Below, piece after piece: positions 26,845-36,413 of a stretch of 45,717 nucleotides of DNA. Origin of the DNA: a virus. Taxonomy: Duplodnaviria > Caudoviricetes. Under the pieces are notes generated by a model. That model was not told the DNA's origin. It did not search any database and saw nothing but the letters and a program-made list of their open reading frames with translations. A program made the position numbers and the translations under genes. Within the stretch, counting starts at the first letter, position 1. Every line of letters starts with the position of its first letter. The stretch spans positions 1 to 45,717 of the IMG/VR virus record IMGVR_UViG_3300012894_000009. One strand, 5' to 3'.

Positions 26845-28353
26845 GTGTCCGACGTCGCGATCGACGGCCTGCGCATCGTCGGCGCCAGCTACTCCACCGA
26901 GCTCGCGCAGGCCATCACGTCGTCGGCGCTGGCACGAACCGTTGACGGCGGGTCAACCCTCGACGTCGAGGTCGCCGACTACCGGCGGCTACTGGTCACC
27001 AGCCAGTCCCTCGCAGGCAAAGCCTACGCCGACGTGTCCGGGCTTCACTTCGAGCTCGTCGCCGTCAAGAAGGCCGCCAACCGCGTGACTCTCACCTTCG
27101 AGGACGCGGTCGTCGTCGAGCTGAAGCGCTCCCGCGGCCCGCTCGTCATACCCGCTTCGTCGACGACGCGAGCGGAGATCGCGCAGCGGCTGTGCGCCGA
27201 AGCCGGCGTCCAGGTGTCCGTCGACCCTGAGGCTCGCGGCGTCTACAACACCGAGCTCAAGCGCGACGACCAAGGCAACTCCTGGGAGAAGCTGCAGACC
27301 CTGGCCAGCGACATCGGGTGGCGGTGCTTCTCCGACGGCCGGCAGTTGCTGTTCGGGTCCGACGCCTGGCTCGCGACCCTGTCACAGCCGCTGGAGCTCA
27401 AGGAGGGCGTCGACCCGGTCCTGTCGGACATCGACTACAGCATGGACGTCGCGAAGCCAGCCTCGGCAGCCAGCTTCGACGTCGCCTCCGAGCGGTGGGC
27501 GCTCCCGCCCGGACGGACCGTGCGCCTGTCCTCGCTGGGGTGGGCTGACGGGGACTGGCTCGTGTCGTCGTTCTCGCGGTCGCTGACCTCCAATCGCGGC
27601 AGGGTCGACCTCGTCCGCCGACAGCTCGTGCTCGCGGAGCCTGCCCCGGAGGCCGCCGGTGACCAGGGCGAGGAGGGTTACCTCCCCGAGGGTGGCGACG
27701 ACATCAGCGCCGACCTCGCACGGCTGCGGCAGTGCGAGGCCAGCGGGGACTATAAGAAGAACAGCGGCAACGGCTACTACGGCGCCTACCAATTTGACCT
27801 CCGCACCTGGCAGCAGGACCTCGGGTACTCCGGGCGCCCCGACCAGGCTGACCCCGCCACGCAGGACGAGGCCGCGAAGAAGCTCTACCAGAAGCGAGGG
27901 TGGAAGCCCTGGCCTGCGTGCTCGACGAAGCTCGGCCTGGTAGACCGCCGTTCCAGCGGCAAGGTCATCGGTGCTGCCACCACCACAGGGAACGCCGCAC
28001 GAGACAGGATGATCGCCTGGGCGATGTCGAAGCGAGGGCACGCCTACGTGTGGGGCGGGCAGTACGACTGCTCCGCATTCGTGCGCGCCGCCACGAAGGA
28101 CGCCGGCAAGGAACTGGCGGGCACCTCGAAGGGCCAGTACGCGACGTGCAAGGCGCAGGGCAAGCTCATCAGCGTGCAGGAGGGGCTTCGCACGCGCGGC
28201 GCGATCCTCTTCCGCATGTCGGGCGAGCCGACGCACGTCGCGATCAGCCTCGGTGACGACTCGACCATCGAGGCCCGCGGTAAGGCCTACGGATGCAACG
28301 TGTTCACCGGCGCCTCGAAGCGCACCTGGACCCACGCCGCCACCTGGCTCTAG
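26845..28353 (+). CDS. Baseplate hub fused to Rpf-type transglycosylase and NlpC/P60 peptidase
   Basis: LARLRQCEASG...NGYYGAYQF..TW...PWPAC (Rpf); YVWGG.YDCSAFV...HVAISLG (NlpC/P60). Confidence 0.85.
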   Translation: MSDVAIDGLRIVGASYSTELAQAITSSALARTVDGGSTLDVEVADYRRLLVTSQSLAGKAYADVSGLHFELVAVKKAANRVTLTFEDAVVVELKRSRGPLVIPASSTTRAEIAQRLCAEAGVQVSVDPEARGVYNTELKRDDQGNSWEKLQTLASDIGWRCFSDGRQLLFGSDAWLATLSQPLELKEGVDPVLSDIDYSMDVAKPASAASFDVASERWALPPGRTVRLSSLGWADGDWLVSSFSRSLTSNRGRVDLVRRQLVLAEPAPEAAGDQGEEGYLPEGGDDISADLARLRQCEASGDYKKNSGNGYYGAYQFDLRTWQQDLGYSGRPDQADPATQDEAAKKLYQKRGWKPWPACSTKLGLVDRRSSGKVIGAATTTGNAARDRMIAWAMSKRGHAYVWGGQYDCSAFVRAATKDAGKELAGTSKGQYATCKAQGKLISVQEGLRTRGAILFRMSGEPTHVAISLGDDSTIEARGKAYGCNVFTGASKRTWTHAATWL

Positions 28354-28360
28354 GAGGATC

Positions 28361-28639
28361 GTGAGCACCTTCGAACAGGCCGTCCTGCGGCGCCCGCCCG
28401 CGCCAACCTCGGCGCCGGTCTTGTCGGGCAGCGTGACCCGCTCGGACGCCTCCGGGGTGTGGGTGACCACGACGGGCGCGGACGAGAACCACCCCTCTGG
28501 TCCTTGCCTGGGCGGGTGGTACCAGGTGCTCGTTCTTGCCGGGACGTCCGTGACGTTGCAGCGCGCTCGTCTTCCCCTCGGCGCTCGCGTCGCCTACGTC
28601 ATGACGTCCGACGGCCCATGGGTCTTGAACTGGGAGTGA
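28361..28639 (+). CDS. Small baseplate (spike/OB-fold-like) protein
   Basis: AGGAGG RBS; synteny. Confidence 0.5.
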   Translation: MSTFEQAVLRRPPAPTSAPVLSGSVTRSDASGVWVTTTGADENHPSGPCLGGWYQVLVLAGTSVTLQRARLPLGARVAYVMTSDGPWVLNWE

Positions 28640-28641
28640 CC

Positions 28642-28935
28642 ATGCCGCACCTTGCTCTACCTCTGCGGCTGACGAGCAGCGGCCGCTTCGCGACCGTCGC
28701 GCAGGACTCCGCAGACGACGTGGCCCAGTCCCTGGGCGTGCTGTTCTCGACGCGCCCCGGGGAGCGCACGGCGGTCCCGGACTACGGCACCGCCGATCCC
28801 CAACCCCTCGGCCCGGACGTGGCCTCCCTCCGAGCCGCTGCGGCCGTGTGGGAGCCCCGCGGCACCGACCTGATCCTCAGCGCAGACACTGACCTCGACG
28901 GCACCGTGACCGTCACCATCGACGGGAGCGCCTGA
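28642..28935 (+). CDS. Baseplate wedge gpW/gp25-like protein
   Basis: TRPGERTAVPDYGT...WEPR. Confidence 0.8.
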   Translation: MPHLALPLRLTSSGRFATVAQDSADDVAQSLGVLFSTRPGERTAVPDYGTADPQPLGPDVASLRAAAAVWEPRGTDLILSADTDLDGTVTVTIDGSA

Positions 28936-30089
28936 TGGCCGGCTACCTCGAGTACCCCGTGAACCGGGACCCGAACTACTGGACGGCCCGCATCCTCGAC
29001 CTCATCGCCCAGAAGATCCCTGGGTGGACGCCGGGTGGCGAGGGCACCCTCGAGGTGGCCCTGGCTGAGGCTGTCGGCCAGGTCATGGCCGAGCTCATGG
29101 CCACCGTCGGCGACGTACCGGCGGCCGTCCTGCGAGCCTTCGGTACATCGCTGTTCGGTGTGGCCTACCGCCCTGGCAGCGCGGCGCAGATCACCGCGCG
29201 CGTCACGTCGACCACGCAAGGGGCGACGATCCCGGCAGGCTTCACGGTGACCGGTCGCACTGTCGACGGCGTCGCCGTTGCCTTCGCGCTACCCGCTGAC
29301 TCGAAGCTCGCGGCGAACGCCTACTCGAAGACGGTGACGTTCACGGCCCGCGACATCGGCGCGGTCGGCAACGGAGTGCCCGTCGGCCCGCTGACGATCG
29401 CCACGTCCACCCCCACCATCCTCAGCGTGGTCGCAGAGACGCTGCCCTCCGCGGGCGGCAGCGACCCCGAGACCGACGCCGAGTACCAGGGCCGCCTCTC
29501 GGGCACCCTGGGGCTCTACAACCGCACCGCGGTGCGCGGCGAAGACTTCGCGGTCCTCGCGGCCGACGTCCCGGGCGTGCACCGGGCGCTCGCACTGGAC
29601 CTTTACGACCCCGACACGGGCGCCACGGACGCGGCCCGCACTGTGACCGTGGTGCCAGTGGACGTCGACGGCTATCCCGTCCCCGACGACGTCGCCCAGG
29701 CCGTGTCCGACCTGCTCGAGTCGACGCGCGAGGTGAACTTCGTAGTGAAGACGATGGAGCCGACCTACGTGCAGGTGCAGTTCACTGCCACCGCGCTCCC
29801 TGGCGCTGACCCAGCGCAGGTGGAGGCCGCGGTGGTCGAGCGCGCCTACGCCGTCCTTGACCCGGGCGCGTGGGCCGGCGGCGCTGAGGAGCCTCCCGCC
29901 TGGCGGGACGACCGCACGGTCTACTACCTCGACTTCGCGGCCGAGCTCGACCGTGTCGACGGCGTCTCCCGGGTCACGAGCCTGACGATCAACGGCACCG
30001 CCGGTGACTACACGATGCCGGGCGTGGCCGTCCTCCCGGCCCCGAGGACGGCCGCCACACCCACTCTGGTGAGCGGATCGGTCACGTGA
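28935..30089 (+). CDS. Baseplate J-like protein
   Basis: TIPAG, G.VGN, GGSDPETDAEY..RL, AVRGEDF...VPGVHRA, VDGVSRV. Confidence 0.88.
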   Translation: MAGYLEYPVNRDPNYWTARILDLIAQKIPGWTPGGEGTLEVALAEAVGQVMAELMATVGDVPAAVLRAFGTSLFGVAYRPGSAAQITARVTSTTQGATIPAGFTVTGRTVDGVAVAFALPADSKLAANAYSKTVTFTARDIGAVGNGVPVGPLTIATSTPTILSVVAETLPSAGGSDPETDAEYQGRLSGTLGLYNRTAVRGEDFAVLAADVPGVHRALALDLYDPDTGATDAARTVTVVPVDVDGYPVPDDVAQAVSDLLESTREVNFVVKTMEPTYVQVQFTATALPGADPAQVEAAVVERAYAVLDPGAWAGGAEEPPAWRDDRTVYYLDFAAELDRVDGVSRVTSLTINGTAGDYTMPGVAVLPAPRTAATPTLVSGSVT

Positions 30090-30661
30090 CCCTCGCTGAC
30101 CGCGCCGAAGCGCACCTCGGACCTGGGATCAGCGGGCAAGCGGGTCCACTGCTGCAGCTACTCCTGCAGGCGCTCCTCGGCCCAGCGGAGCCGGTCGCCG
30201 ACCTGACGAGCGGTGAGGACGGGTGGGCCCAAGCCTTCGACCTGGACACCACAGCCACCCCGGCGTGGCTGGGGGCAGCACTCGGGGTCTCGGTCGTGTC
30301 CACCGACCTCGAGGGACAGCGCAACGAGATCCGCGCCCGAGGGTCCGCCCGCGGGAAGCTCACCGCCCTCACTGCCGCGGCCCAGGCCACGCTCACCGGT
30401 CAGAAGCGAGTCCTCGTCACCGAGCGGGTCGACGGCGACCCGTACCGCATCGAGGTCATCACCTTCGCACCTGAGACACCCGACCCAGAAGCGACCCGAC
30501 GCGCGCTGCTACTCGCAAAGCCCGCCGGCCTTCTCCTCTCCTACGCAGCGCCCGTGGGCAAGACCTACCGGCAGATGAAGAACGAGGGCCGTACCTACGC
30601 GCAGCTGAAGGCGACGGGGAAGACCTACGACACGCTGAGGAAGGAGCTGCCCGATGGGTAG
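30086..30661 (+). CDS. Baseplate/tail protein I-like
   Basis: PAWLG...RG...KPAGLLL; C-terminal G[KR]TY repeats. Confidence 0.7.
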   Translation: MTLADRAEAHLGPGISGQAGPLLQLLLQALLGPAEPVADLTSGEDGWAQAFDLDTTATPAWLGAALGVSVVSTDLEGQRNEIRARGSARGKLTALTAAAQATLTGQKRVLVTERVDGDPYRIEVITFAPETPDPEATRRALLLAKPAGLLLSYAAPVGKTYRQMKNEGRTYAQLKATGKTYDTLRKELPDG

Positions 30662-31577
30662 CACCCCGAAGTACGGGCTCCGGTACCCGGAGCAGACCGA
30701 CGGCAATGACGTCGCGACGCACATGCGCACCTTGGCATCGGACGTCGAGGCTGGCCTGCAGCAGGCCGTCCGCATCGTCCCCACGGTCTTCGCGGCCTCA
30801 GGTACCTGGGTCAAGCCGACAGGCGCCCTGTGGGTCGAGGTGCAGCTGTGGGGCGGCGGCGGCCCAGGGTCGCCGGGACACTCCATGGGCTCCGCCGGCG
30901 GTTCGGGGGCGGAGCGAGCGACGGTACGCATCCCCGCCGCAGCTCTGCCTGCGACCGTCGCCGTGATAGTGGGCGCCGGCGGCACGTTCCCCACCGACGG
31001 GGGCCCCGGCACGGACGGTGGCACGAGCTCCTTCGGGGACTACGTGCGCGCGCGCGGCGGCGGCGCGCCGGTGCTGCGCGACGGCGGTAACGGCTCTCAG
31101 TACTACTACGGGTCCCCGGGCGCTGGCGTCATCCAGATTGGGGGCGCTTACGGCTCCTACCAGCCGGACGATGCGGGCGGTGGCGCCACCAACTCCCCGC
31201 TCGCAGGTGGGGCACCGTCCATGTTCGGCGGCGGGCAGGGCGGCGGCGGCTCGCCCACCACCGCGGGGCGCGTCGGCGGCGGCACCGGTGTCAACGGCGC
31301 AGGGGGTGGCGACGGCGGTACGGCGGGCTCGCTCAACGGCCAGCCGGGCGCGAACAAGACCGGCCCCAGCGGCGGCGGCGGCGGCGGCCAGGGCGCTCAG
31401 AGCGGGGGCGTCAGCGCCACCGTCGGCGGCAACGGAGGAGCAGGTGGCATTCCCGGTGGCGGCGGGGGCGGGGGAGCTTTCGGCGGGCAGAACGGTCTCT
31501 CGGGCGCGAGCAACGGCCTGAGCGGCCCCGGTGGTCGCGGCGAGGTCCGCGTCTACGTCATCTGCGCAGGCAAGTAG
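30654..31577 (+). CDS. Glycine-rich tail fibre protein
   Basis: TPKYGLRYP N-terminus; FAASGTWVKP..V.VQLWGGGG; ends GGRGEVRV. Confidence 0.75.
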   Translation: MGSTPKYGLRYPEQTDGNDVATHMRTLASDVEAGLQQAVRIVPTVFAASGTWVKPTGALWVEVQLWGGGGPGSPGHSMGSAGGSGAERATVRIPAAALPATVAVIVGAGGTFPTDGGPGTDGGTSSFGDYVRARGGGAPVLRDGGNGSQYYYGSPGAGVIQIGGAYGSYQPDDAGGGATNSPLAGGAPSMFGGGQGGGGSPTTAGRVGGGTGVNGAGGGDGGTAGSLNGQPGANKTGPSGGGGGGQGAQSGGVSATVGGNGGAGGIPGGGGGGGAFGGQNGLSGASNGLSGPGGRGEVRVYVICAGK

Positions 31578-31867
31578 TGCGTGCCGCCATCGTGAGCCCC
31601 GCAGGCGACGTGACGAACATCGTAGAAGTCGCGCCTCGTGAAATGCCCCCCGGTGCTCAGGCTATCCCCGACGGGCTCGCCGTGGCAGTCGGGTGGACCT
31701 ACAAGCTCGGTCGGTTCATCGCACCCAGCGAAGACCCAGAACCGCCTCCCCCGCCCACCCGTAACCTCGAGGCAGAGTACGCCGAGAAGGTCGACAACGT
31801 CTCCACCATGGCCGGACTCCGGCAGGTCATGCGCGACTACTTCACCGAGCGCGCCGCCAGCAACTGA
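31577..31867 (+). CDS. Small tail fibre-associated/chaperone protein
   Basis: AAIV..G.VTNIVE...VGWTY..G.FIAP. Confidence 0.6.
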   Translation: MRAAIVSPAGDVTNIVEVAPREMPPGAQAIPDGLAVAVGWTYKLGRFIAPSEDPEPPPPPTRNLEAEYAEKVDNVSTMAGLRQVMRDYFTERAASN

Positions 31868-31933
31868 TCCGACGACCTCAACCCGAACGCTCCAAGCGGT
31901 CGGGCACTCCCTCATGCCCAGGAGGCATCTCGC

Positions 31934-33391
31934 ATGGCACTCGGAACTGACGGACTCATCACCGTCGTTGGCGACATCGACACCATCACGGACGCTTCCG
32001 CATCCGGCACCCTGACCGTCGTCCTGTCTGCGCCCCTGCCGATGGGGACGAAGCTGATCCTCCCCATCGAGCGCCAGGTCGCACTCAACGACGCCGACGG
32101 CACCTTCTCCATCAAGCTGCCGCCGACCGGCACCTCGGGCGTCACGTACCGGTTCACCCTGGACGCCTACGCGTCCGTCGCCGGCAACCGAGAGCACTAC
32201 ACCGAGTCCTTCGACGCTGTTCTCACGGCCGACTCTGCCGACGCCAACGGCATCGTGCAGTACTTGAACCTGATCCACGTCGCAGTCCCCGGCGTCCCGC
32301 AGACCTACCTCACTCGCACCGTCGCCGACGGCCGCTACGCCCTCAAGGGCGAGTCGGGCGGCGGTGGTGGCGGCTCCATCAACCTCAGCGGCTACGTCAC
32401 CGACCAGGAGCTCGCGCAGGCCCTCGCGAACCTCGGCGGTGGCAGCGGCCTCGACGCGGCGGCCGTCCGTGCGCTGGTCAAGGGCTACCTCAAGCAGGGC
32501 GCCAACGTCACGCTGACCCCGGACGACAACGCGGGCACTCTGACCATCAGCGCGGCTGGCGGTACGGGCGGCACCACCACGATCACCATCGCCTCGATCA
32601 CCGACGCCACGACGGTCGGGAAGGCGCTACTCGGCGCCGCCAGCACCGCCGCTGCCCGCACGGCCATCGGCGCCGGCACCTCCAACCTGGCCGTCGGCAC
32701 CAGCGCCACCGACGCCAAGCGCGGCGACTACGTCGCCACCTGGGCCGAGCTGGGCACCGTCCCGACGTCGTCCCTACCGCCCCTGGCCATCAACGACGTC
32801 TTCACCGTCGCCAGCCAGGCGGCGATGCTCGCGCTCACCGCCCAGCGCGGCGACATGGCCATCCGCACCGACACCGGTGCGACCTTCGTGCTCGCCTCGG
32901 ACTCCCCGACGACGCTCGCGGACTGGAAGTCGATCTCAGCGGCCGGTGCCGTCAACTCCGTCAACGGCAAGACGGGCACGATCGTCCTCGCCCCGAGCGA
33001 CATCGCCGGCTTCGCCACCGTCGCCACGTCCGGCTCCTACGGCGACCTCGCCAACAAGCCGACCATCCCCGCTGCTGCCACGACCGCCTCGGTCCTGGCG
33101 CTGCTGCCCAACATGCTGAAGAACTGGGCGCGGATCCCCATCGACATGGCCGTCGGGACGATCACCTACAACGCCTCCGGCGCCCCGACCGGGCACAGCG
33201 TCGAGTGGCCCGACGGTGCCACCGGCGTCTACGCCGGCACCGCCAGCACGACGTTCCCCGGCTCGATCGACACCTACACGGTGACGCACGTCCTGTCCGG
33301 GACCACGACCACCACCTACACGCAGCCCACCGTGACCCGCGACGCCACCACCGGTCAGGTCACCGCCCGCCCCGCCGTCACTGTCGCCTGA
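31934..33391 (+). CDS. Tail fibre/minor structural protein
   Basis: AGGAGG RBS; fibre motifs QAAMLAL.AQRGD.AIRTD, VNSVNGKTG, ATSGSYGDLANKPTIP. Confidence 0.75.
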   Translation: MALGTDGLITVVGDIDTITDASASGTLTVVLSAPLPMGTKLILPIERQVALNDADGTFSIKLPPTGTSGVTYRFTLDAYASVAGNREHYTESFDAVLTADSADANGIVQYLNLIHVAVPGVPQTYLTRTVADGRYALKGESGGGGGGSINLSGYVTDQELAQALANLGGGSGLDAAAVRALVKGYLKQGANVTLTPDDNAGTLTISAAGGTGGTTTITIASITDATTVGKALLGAASTAAARTAIGAGTSNLAVGTSATDAKRGDYVATWAELGTVPTSSLPPLAINDVFTVASQAAMLALTAQRGDMAIRTDTGATFVLASDSPTTLADWKSISAAGAVNSVNGKTGTIVLAPSDIAGFATVATSGSYGDLANKPTIPAAATTASVLALLPNMLKNWARIPIDMAVGTITYNASGAPTGHSVEWPDGATGVYAGTASTTFPGSIDTYTVTHVLSGTTTTTYTQPTVTRDATTGQVTARPAVTVA

Positions 33392-33408
33392 GCTGAGGAG
33401 AACACCTG

Positions 33409-34506
33409 ATGGGCATCCTGGACCCCCGCGCATCCGCCACCATCACGCGCGACAGCCTCAACGCCGCTGCCCGGACCCTGGGCAAGCGAGGCGTCACGTC
33501 CGGCTACACGCTCACCGCACCGGACGCGCTGGACATCGTGCTCAACTCGACGTCCGCTTTCCCCGTCACGGTGACCGTCCCCACGGACGCCACGGTCGCC
33601 TTGCCCAACGAGACGGTCATTCCGTGGCGTCAGATCGGCGCCGGCCAGATCGCCTTCGCCGCCGCGTCCGGCGTCACCATCATCTCGCGTGGCTCCGTCT
33701 TCCTGTCCGCTGGGCAGTACGCAGAAGGCACCCTCACCAAGGTCGACACCAACACCTGGATCCTGTCCGGCGACATCACCTCGACCGTGATCAACCCGAC
33801 CTCGGCGTTCGCCGCTCCGACGTCGACGTCGGTCGCTCCGTCCTTCATGCTCCTCGGCGACCTGGCCCAGGCGAACGCCTCTGGCGTCGTGACTGCCTGG
33901 ACCGACAAGGTCAGCGGGCTGACGATGTCCGTCCCCTCCGGCAAGACCGCCCCGACCTTCGACACGACCTCCTTCCCGGGCGGCGGCGTCAAGTTCACGA
34001 AGTCGGCGCTCGCCGGGCTCTACTGGCCCAAGCCGCTGACCGGCTCCGGGATGACCGTCATCATCCTCGCCCGCGTGCCTGACGGTACGGCGCACATGTG
34101 GTGGGCAGGTTCGACCTCCGACGCCGAGCCGACCGGCGCGCCCATCCTCTACAACTCCGCTTCATCCCTCATGACCACCCGACTCAACGGAGGCGCCGCC
34201 GCTTCGACGGCTGCGATCACGCTGAACTCGACGACCAAGCACGTCCACCGCGGCTCCTTCTCCTCGGACGCCTCGGCACGCATCGTCAAGTCCGTCGCCG
34301 ACGGCGGGACCATCTCGGCCAGCAGCGCCACCGCCGGAACGGCCGTCACGTCGACGGGTCTGGGTCTGGGTGGCGTCGGCTCGGACTACAGCGACATCAC
34401 CGTCGGCGGCCTCTGGGTCTTCGACTCCGAGCTCTCGGAGACCGAAGCCCACAACTGGACGGCTGCGGCGGGCGCGTTCGGCGGCGTGACGATCGGCGCC
34501 AACTGA
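33409..34506 (+). CDS. Fibre-associated protein with C-terminal LamG-like beta-sandwich
   Basis: QIGAGQI...GQYA..L.K...NTWILSGDI domain followed by V.AW.D.SG...PTF...L.VFDSELS; GAGGAG RBS. Confidence 0.65.
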   Translation: MGILDPRASATITRDSLNAAARTLGKRGVTSGYTLTAPDALDIVLNSTSAFPVTVTVPTDATVALPNETVIPWRQIGAGQIAFAAASGVTIISRGSVFLSAGQYAEGTLTKVDTNTWILSGDITSTVINPTSAFAAPTSTSVAPSFMLLGDLAQANASGVVTAWTDKVSGLTMSVPSGKTAPTFDTTSFPGGGVKFTKSALAGLYWPKPLTGSGMTVIILARVPDGTAHMWWAGSTSDAEPTGAPILYNSASSLMTTRLNGGAAASTAAITLNSTTKHVHRGSFSSDASARIVKSVADGGTISASSATAGTAVTSTGLGLGGVGSDYSDITVGGLWVFDSELSETEAHNWTAAAGAFGGVTIGAN

Positions 34507-36380
34507 TGAGTGCGCGCACCGCCCGCTTCGCGTTCAGCGCTCGCCGCCGAGACTTCTCCACCCCGGTCGTCCCGCCCGCCACGGGCAACGGCAGCACGCC
34601 GCCGACCACCACCACGCCGGTCACCACGACACCGGCCGCAGGTACGCACACCCTGCTGAGGACCACGACCGCGGCCCCCGAGTCGCCCCGCCGACTCGAG
34701 GACCGCTTCTGGTCCACCCCGCTGCACGCCCAAGCCCCCGTCAACACGGCCAGCACGCGCCTGGTCACCGCGCTCATCGGCCAGCTCAAGGGCACCCCGT
34801 CGTCCTCGGGCTTCAAGTCCGCCACCGCCGCCCCGTACCAGACCATCACGCAGGGCGGAAAGGACCAGAACCCGAACTACTCGGCGCCGACCTACACGGT
34901 GGACTCGTCCACCGCGCTGCAGAAGGTCTACGTCCAGGACAACAAGACGGTCACCGACCGCGCTGGCGTCTCCCGCGACCTGCGAAGCCTCTTCGACCTG
35001 GGCGTGCCGGTGCCCGACCCGACCCAGGTACCCGGCGGGACACTGGCCGCGGACGGTACGGACGGTCACATCATGATCTTCCAGACCTACACGGCGACCG
35101 ACGGGGTGCAGACCGCACGGCTCTACGAGTTCTGGCAGTTCCGCCCGGCGTACTCCGCCGAGATCGCCAACGGCTACAACTGGCGGTGCGTGCAGGGCGG
35201 CTACATCGACGACGTCCGCTACCACCCGGGCTGGTGGACGGGCTCCGACCAGGACAACGTGGGCGGCAACTGGGGCGTTTCCGCGTCCGGTGGCTCCTAC
35301 GCGAACGCCACGCTGACCGGCCGTGACTGGGCACGCTTCCAGGCCGGTCAGCCGCTGGACCACCCGCTCATCCTGCAGATCATCTTTTCCGGCGGGCAGC
35401 CGGAGGACCTGGCCTCTGGGTCCTTCGCCGGCGGCAACTTCTACCTGCCGTCCTGCCGCTACGACCGGATGGACCTGTCGGGCACGACGAACTCGGAGTC
35501 CTACCGCATCCCGGAGGGTACCCGGTACCGGCTCGACCCCGCGGTGTGGACCGACTCGGCCATCGCGACCTACGCGGCGGCCAACGCCACTGCGAACGGA
35601 ATCAACGGCTCAGACGCCGCGCAGCTCGCCTGGTTCATGAAGGGCTGGCGTGACTACGGCCTCATCGCTGCTGAGACCGCTGGCGTCATGGCCATCGTGG
35701 CCGAGCACCCGAAAACCTTCGGGACGGTCTACAACCCGTACTCCACGGCGCCGCAGTGGGGCAACGCCCTGCAAAAGTACCCGACCACGGGCGTGGTCGC
35801 AGTGGTCAACCCGCCCGCACGGATCGACTACCCGACCGGGCAGACCTTCGGGATCCGCAACGAGGTCTACGACTACTCGCTGCCCCCGCTGACCCCCGGC
35901 ACCAACCTCTGGCCGAGCTCCATCACCACGCCGACCGACGTCACCGGCTACGGCAAGCACGGCTCCGGTGCCACCCTGACGATGGACTCGACCCAGATCC
36001 TCGGCAAGCCGACGGTCCTGGTCACCTACAGCGGCGCGTCGGGCGACTCGGGAGTCACCATCCCCGGCGTCACCGGGATCACCAGCGGCGACCGCATCGG
36101 CTTCCAGGTCTACACGCGCCGCAACACCGGGTCTAAGCGCATGAAGGTGACCGTGAAGTGGCGCAAGACAGACGGATCAGCTGGGTCCGAGACGCTGGCG
36201 CCCTACCTCACTCGCACCATCGGCGAGGTGCAGCAGCACCTCTTCCAGCTCACCGCCCCGCAGGACTTCGTGGTCGGTTCGTTCTTCGCCACCATCCGAG
36301 CCGTCTACGACACCCCGGCGAACGGAGACAACTTCTCCTTCGCCGAGCCGCAGGCGTGGAAGATCAGCAGCGCAGCCTAG
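34506..36380 (+). CDS. Large putative carbohydrate-binding/active structural protein
   Basis: Pro/Thr linker, FWSTPL..AP, GTDGH..I...LYEFWQ, WGVSASG; C-terminal CBM-like beta-sandwich. Confidence 0.6.
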   Translation: MSARTARFAFSARRRDFSTPVVPPATGNGSTPPTTTTPVTTTPAAGTHTLLRTTTAAPESPRRLEDRFWSTPLHAQAPVNTASTRLVTALIGQLKGTPSSSGFKSATAAPYQTITQGGKDQNPNYSAPTYTVDSSTALQKVYVQDNKTVTDRAGVSRDLRSLFDLGVPVPDPTQVPGGTLAADGTDGHIMIFQTYTATDGVQTARLYEFWQFRPAYSAEIANGYNWRCVQGGYIDDVRYHPGWWTGSDQDNVGGNWGVSASGGSYANATLTGRDWARFQAGQPLDHPLILQIIFSGGQPEDLASGSFAGGNFYLPSCRYDRMDLSGTTNSESYRIPEGTRYRLDPAVWTDSAIATYAAANATANGINGSDAAQLAWFMKGWRDYGLIAAETAGVMAIVAEHPKTFGTVYNPYSTAPQWGNALQKYPTTGVVAVVNPPARIDYPTGQTFGIRNEVYDYSLPPLTPGTNLWPSSITTPTDVTGYGKHGSGATLTMDSTQILGKPTVLVTYSGASGDSGVTIPGVTGITSGDRIGFQVYTRRNTGSKRMKVTVKWRKTDGSAGSETLAPYLTRTIGEVQQHLFQLTAPQDFVVGSFFATIRAVYDTPANGDNFSFAEPQAWKISSAA

Positions 36381-36413
36381 CCAACCAGACGACTCACACC
36401 GAAAGGATTCGCC

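Noticed and set aside
21554-30661. Tail module as an eCIS or tailocin
   Set aside because: Linked to terminase, portal, capsid, integrase and att sites, so it is a phage tail
34098-34505. Upstream extension of the 760-aa ORF
   Set aside because: Overlaps the 33409 gene out of frame and is Arg-rich; ATG 34506 is coupled to the upstream stop
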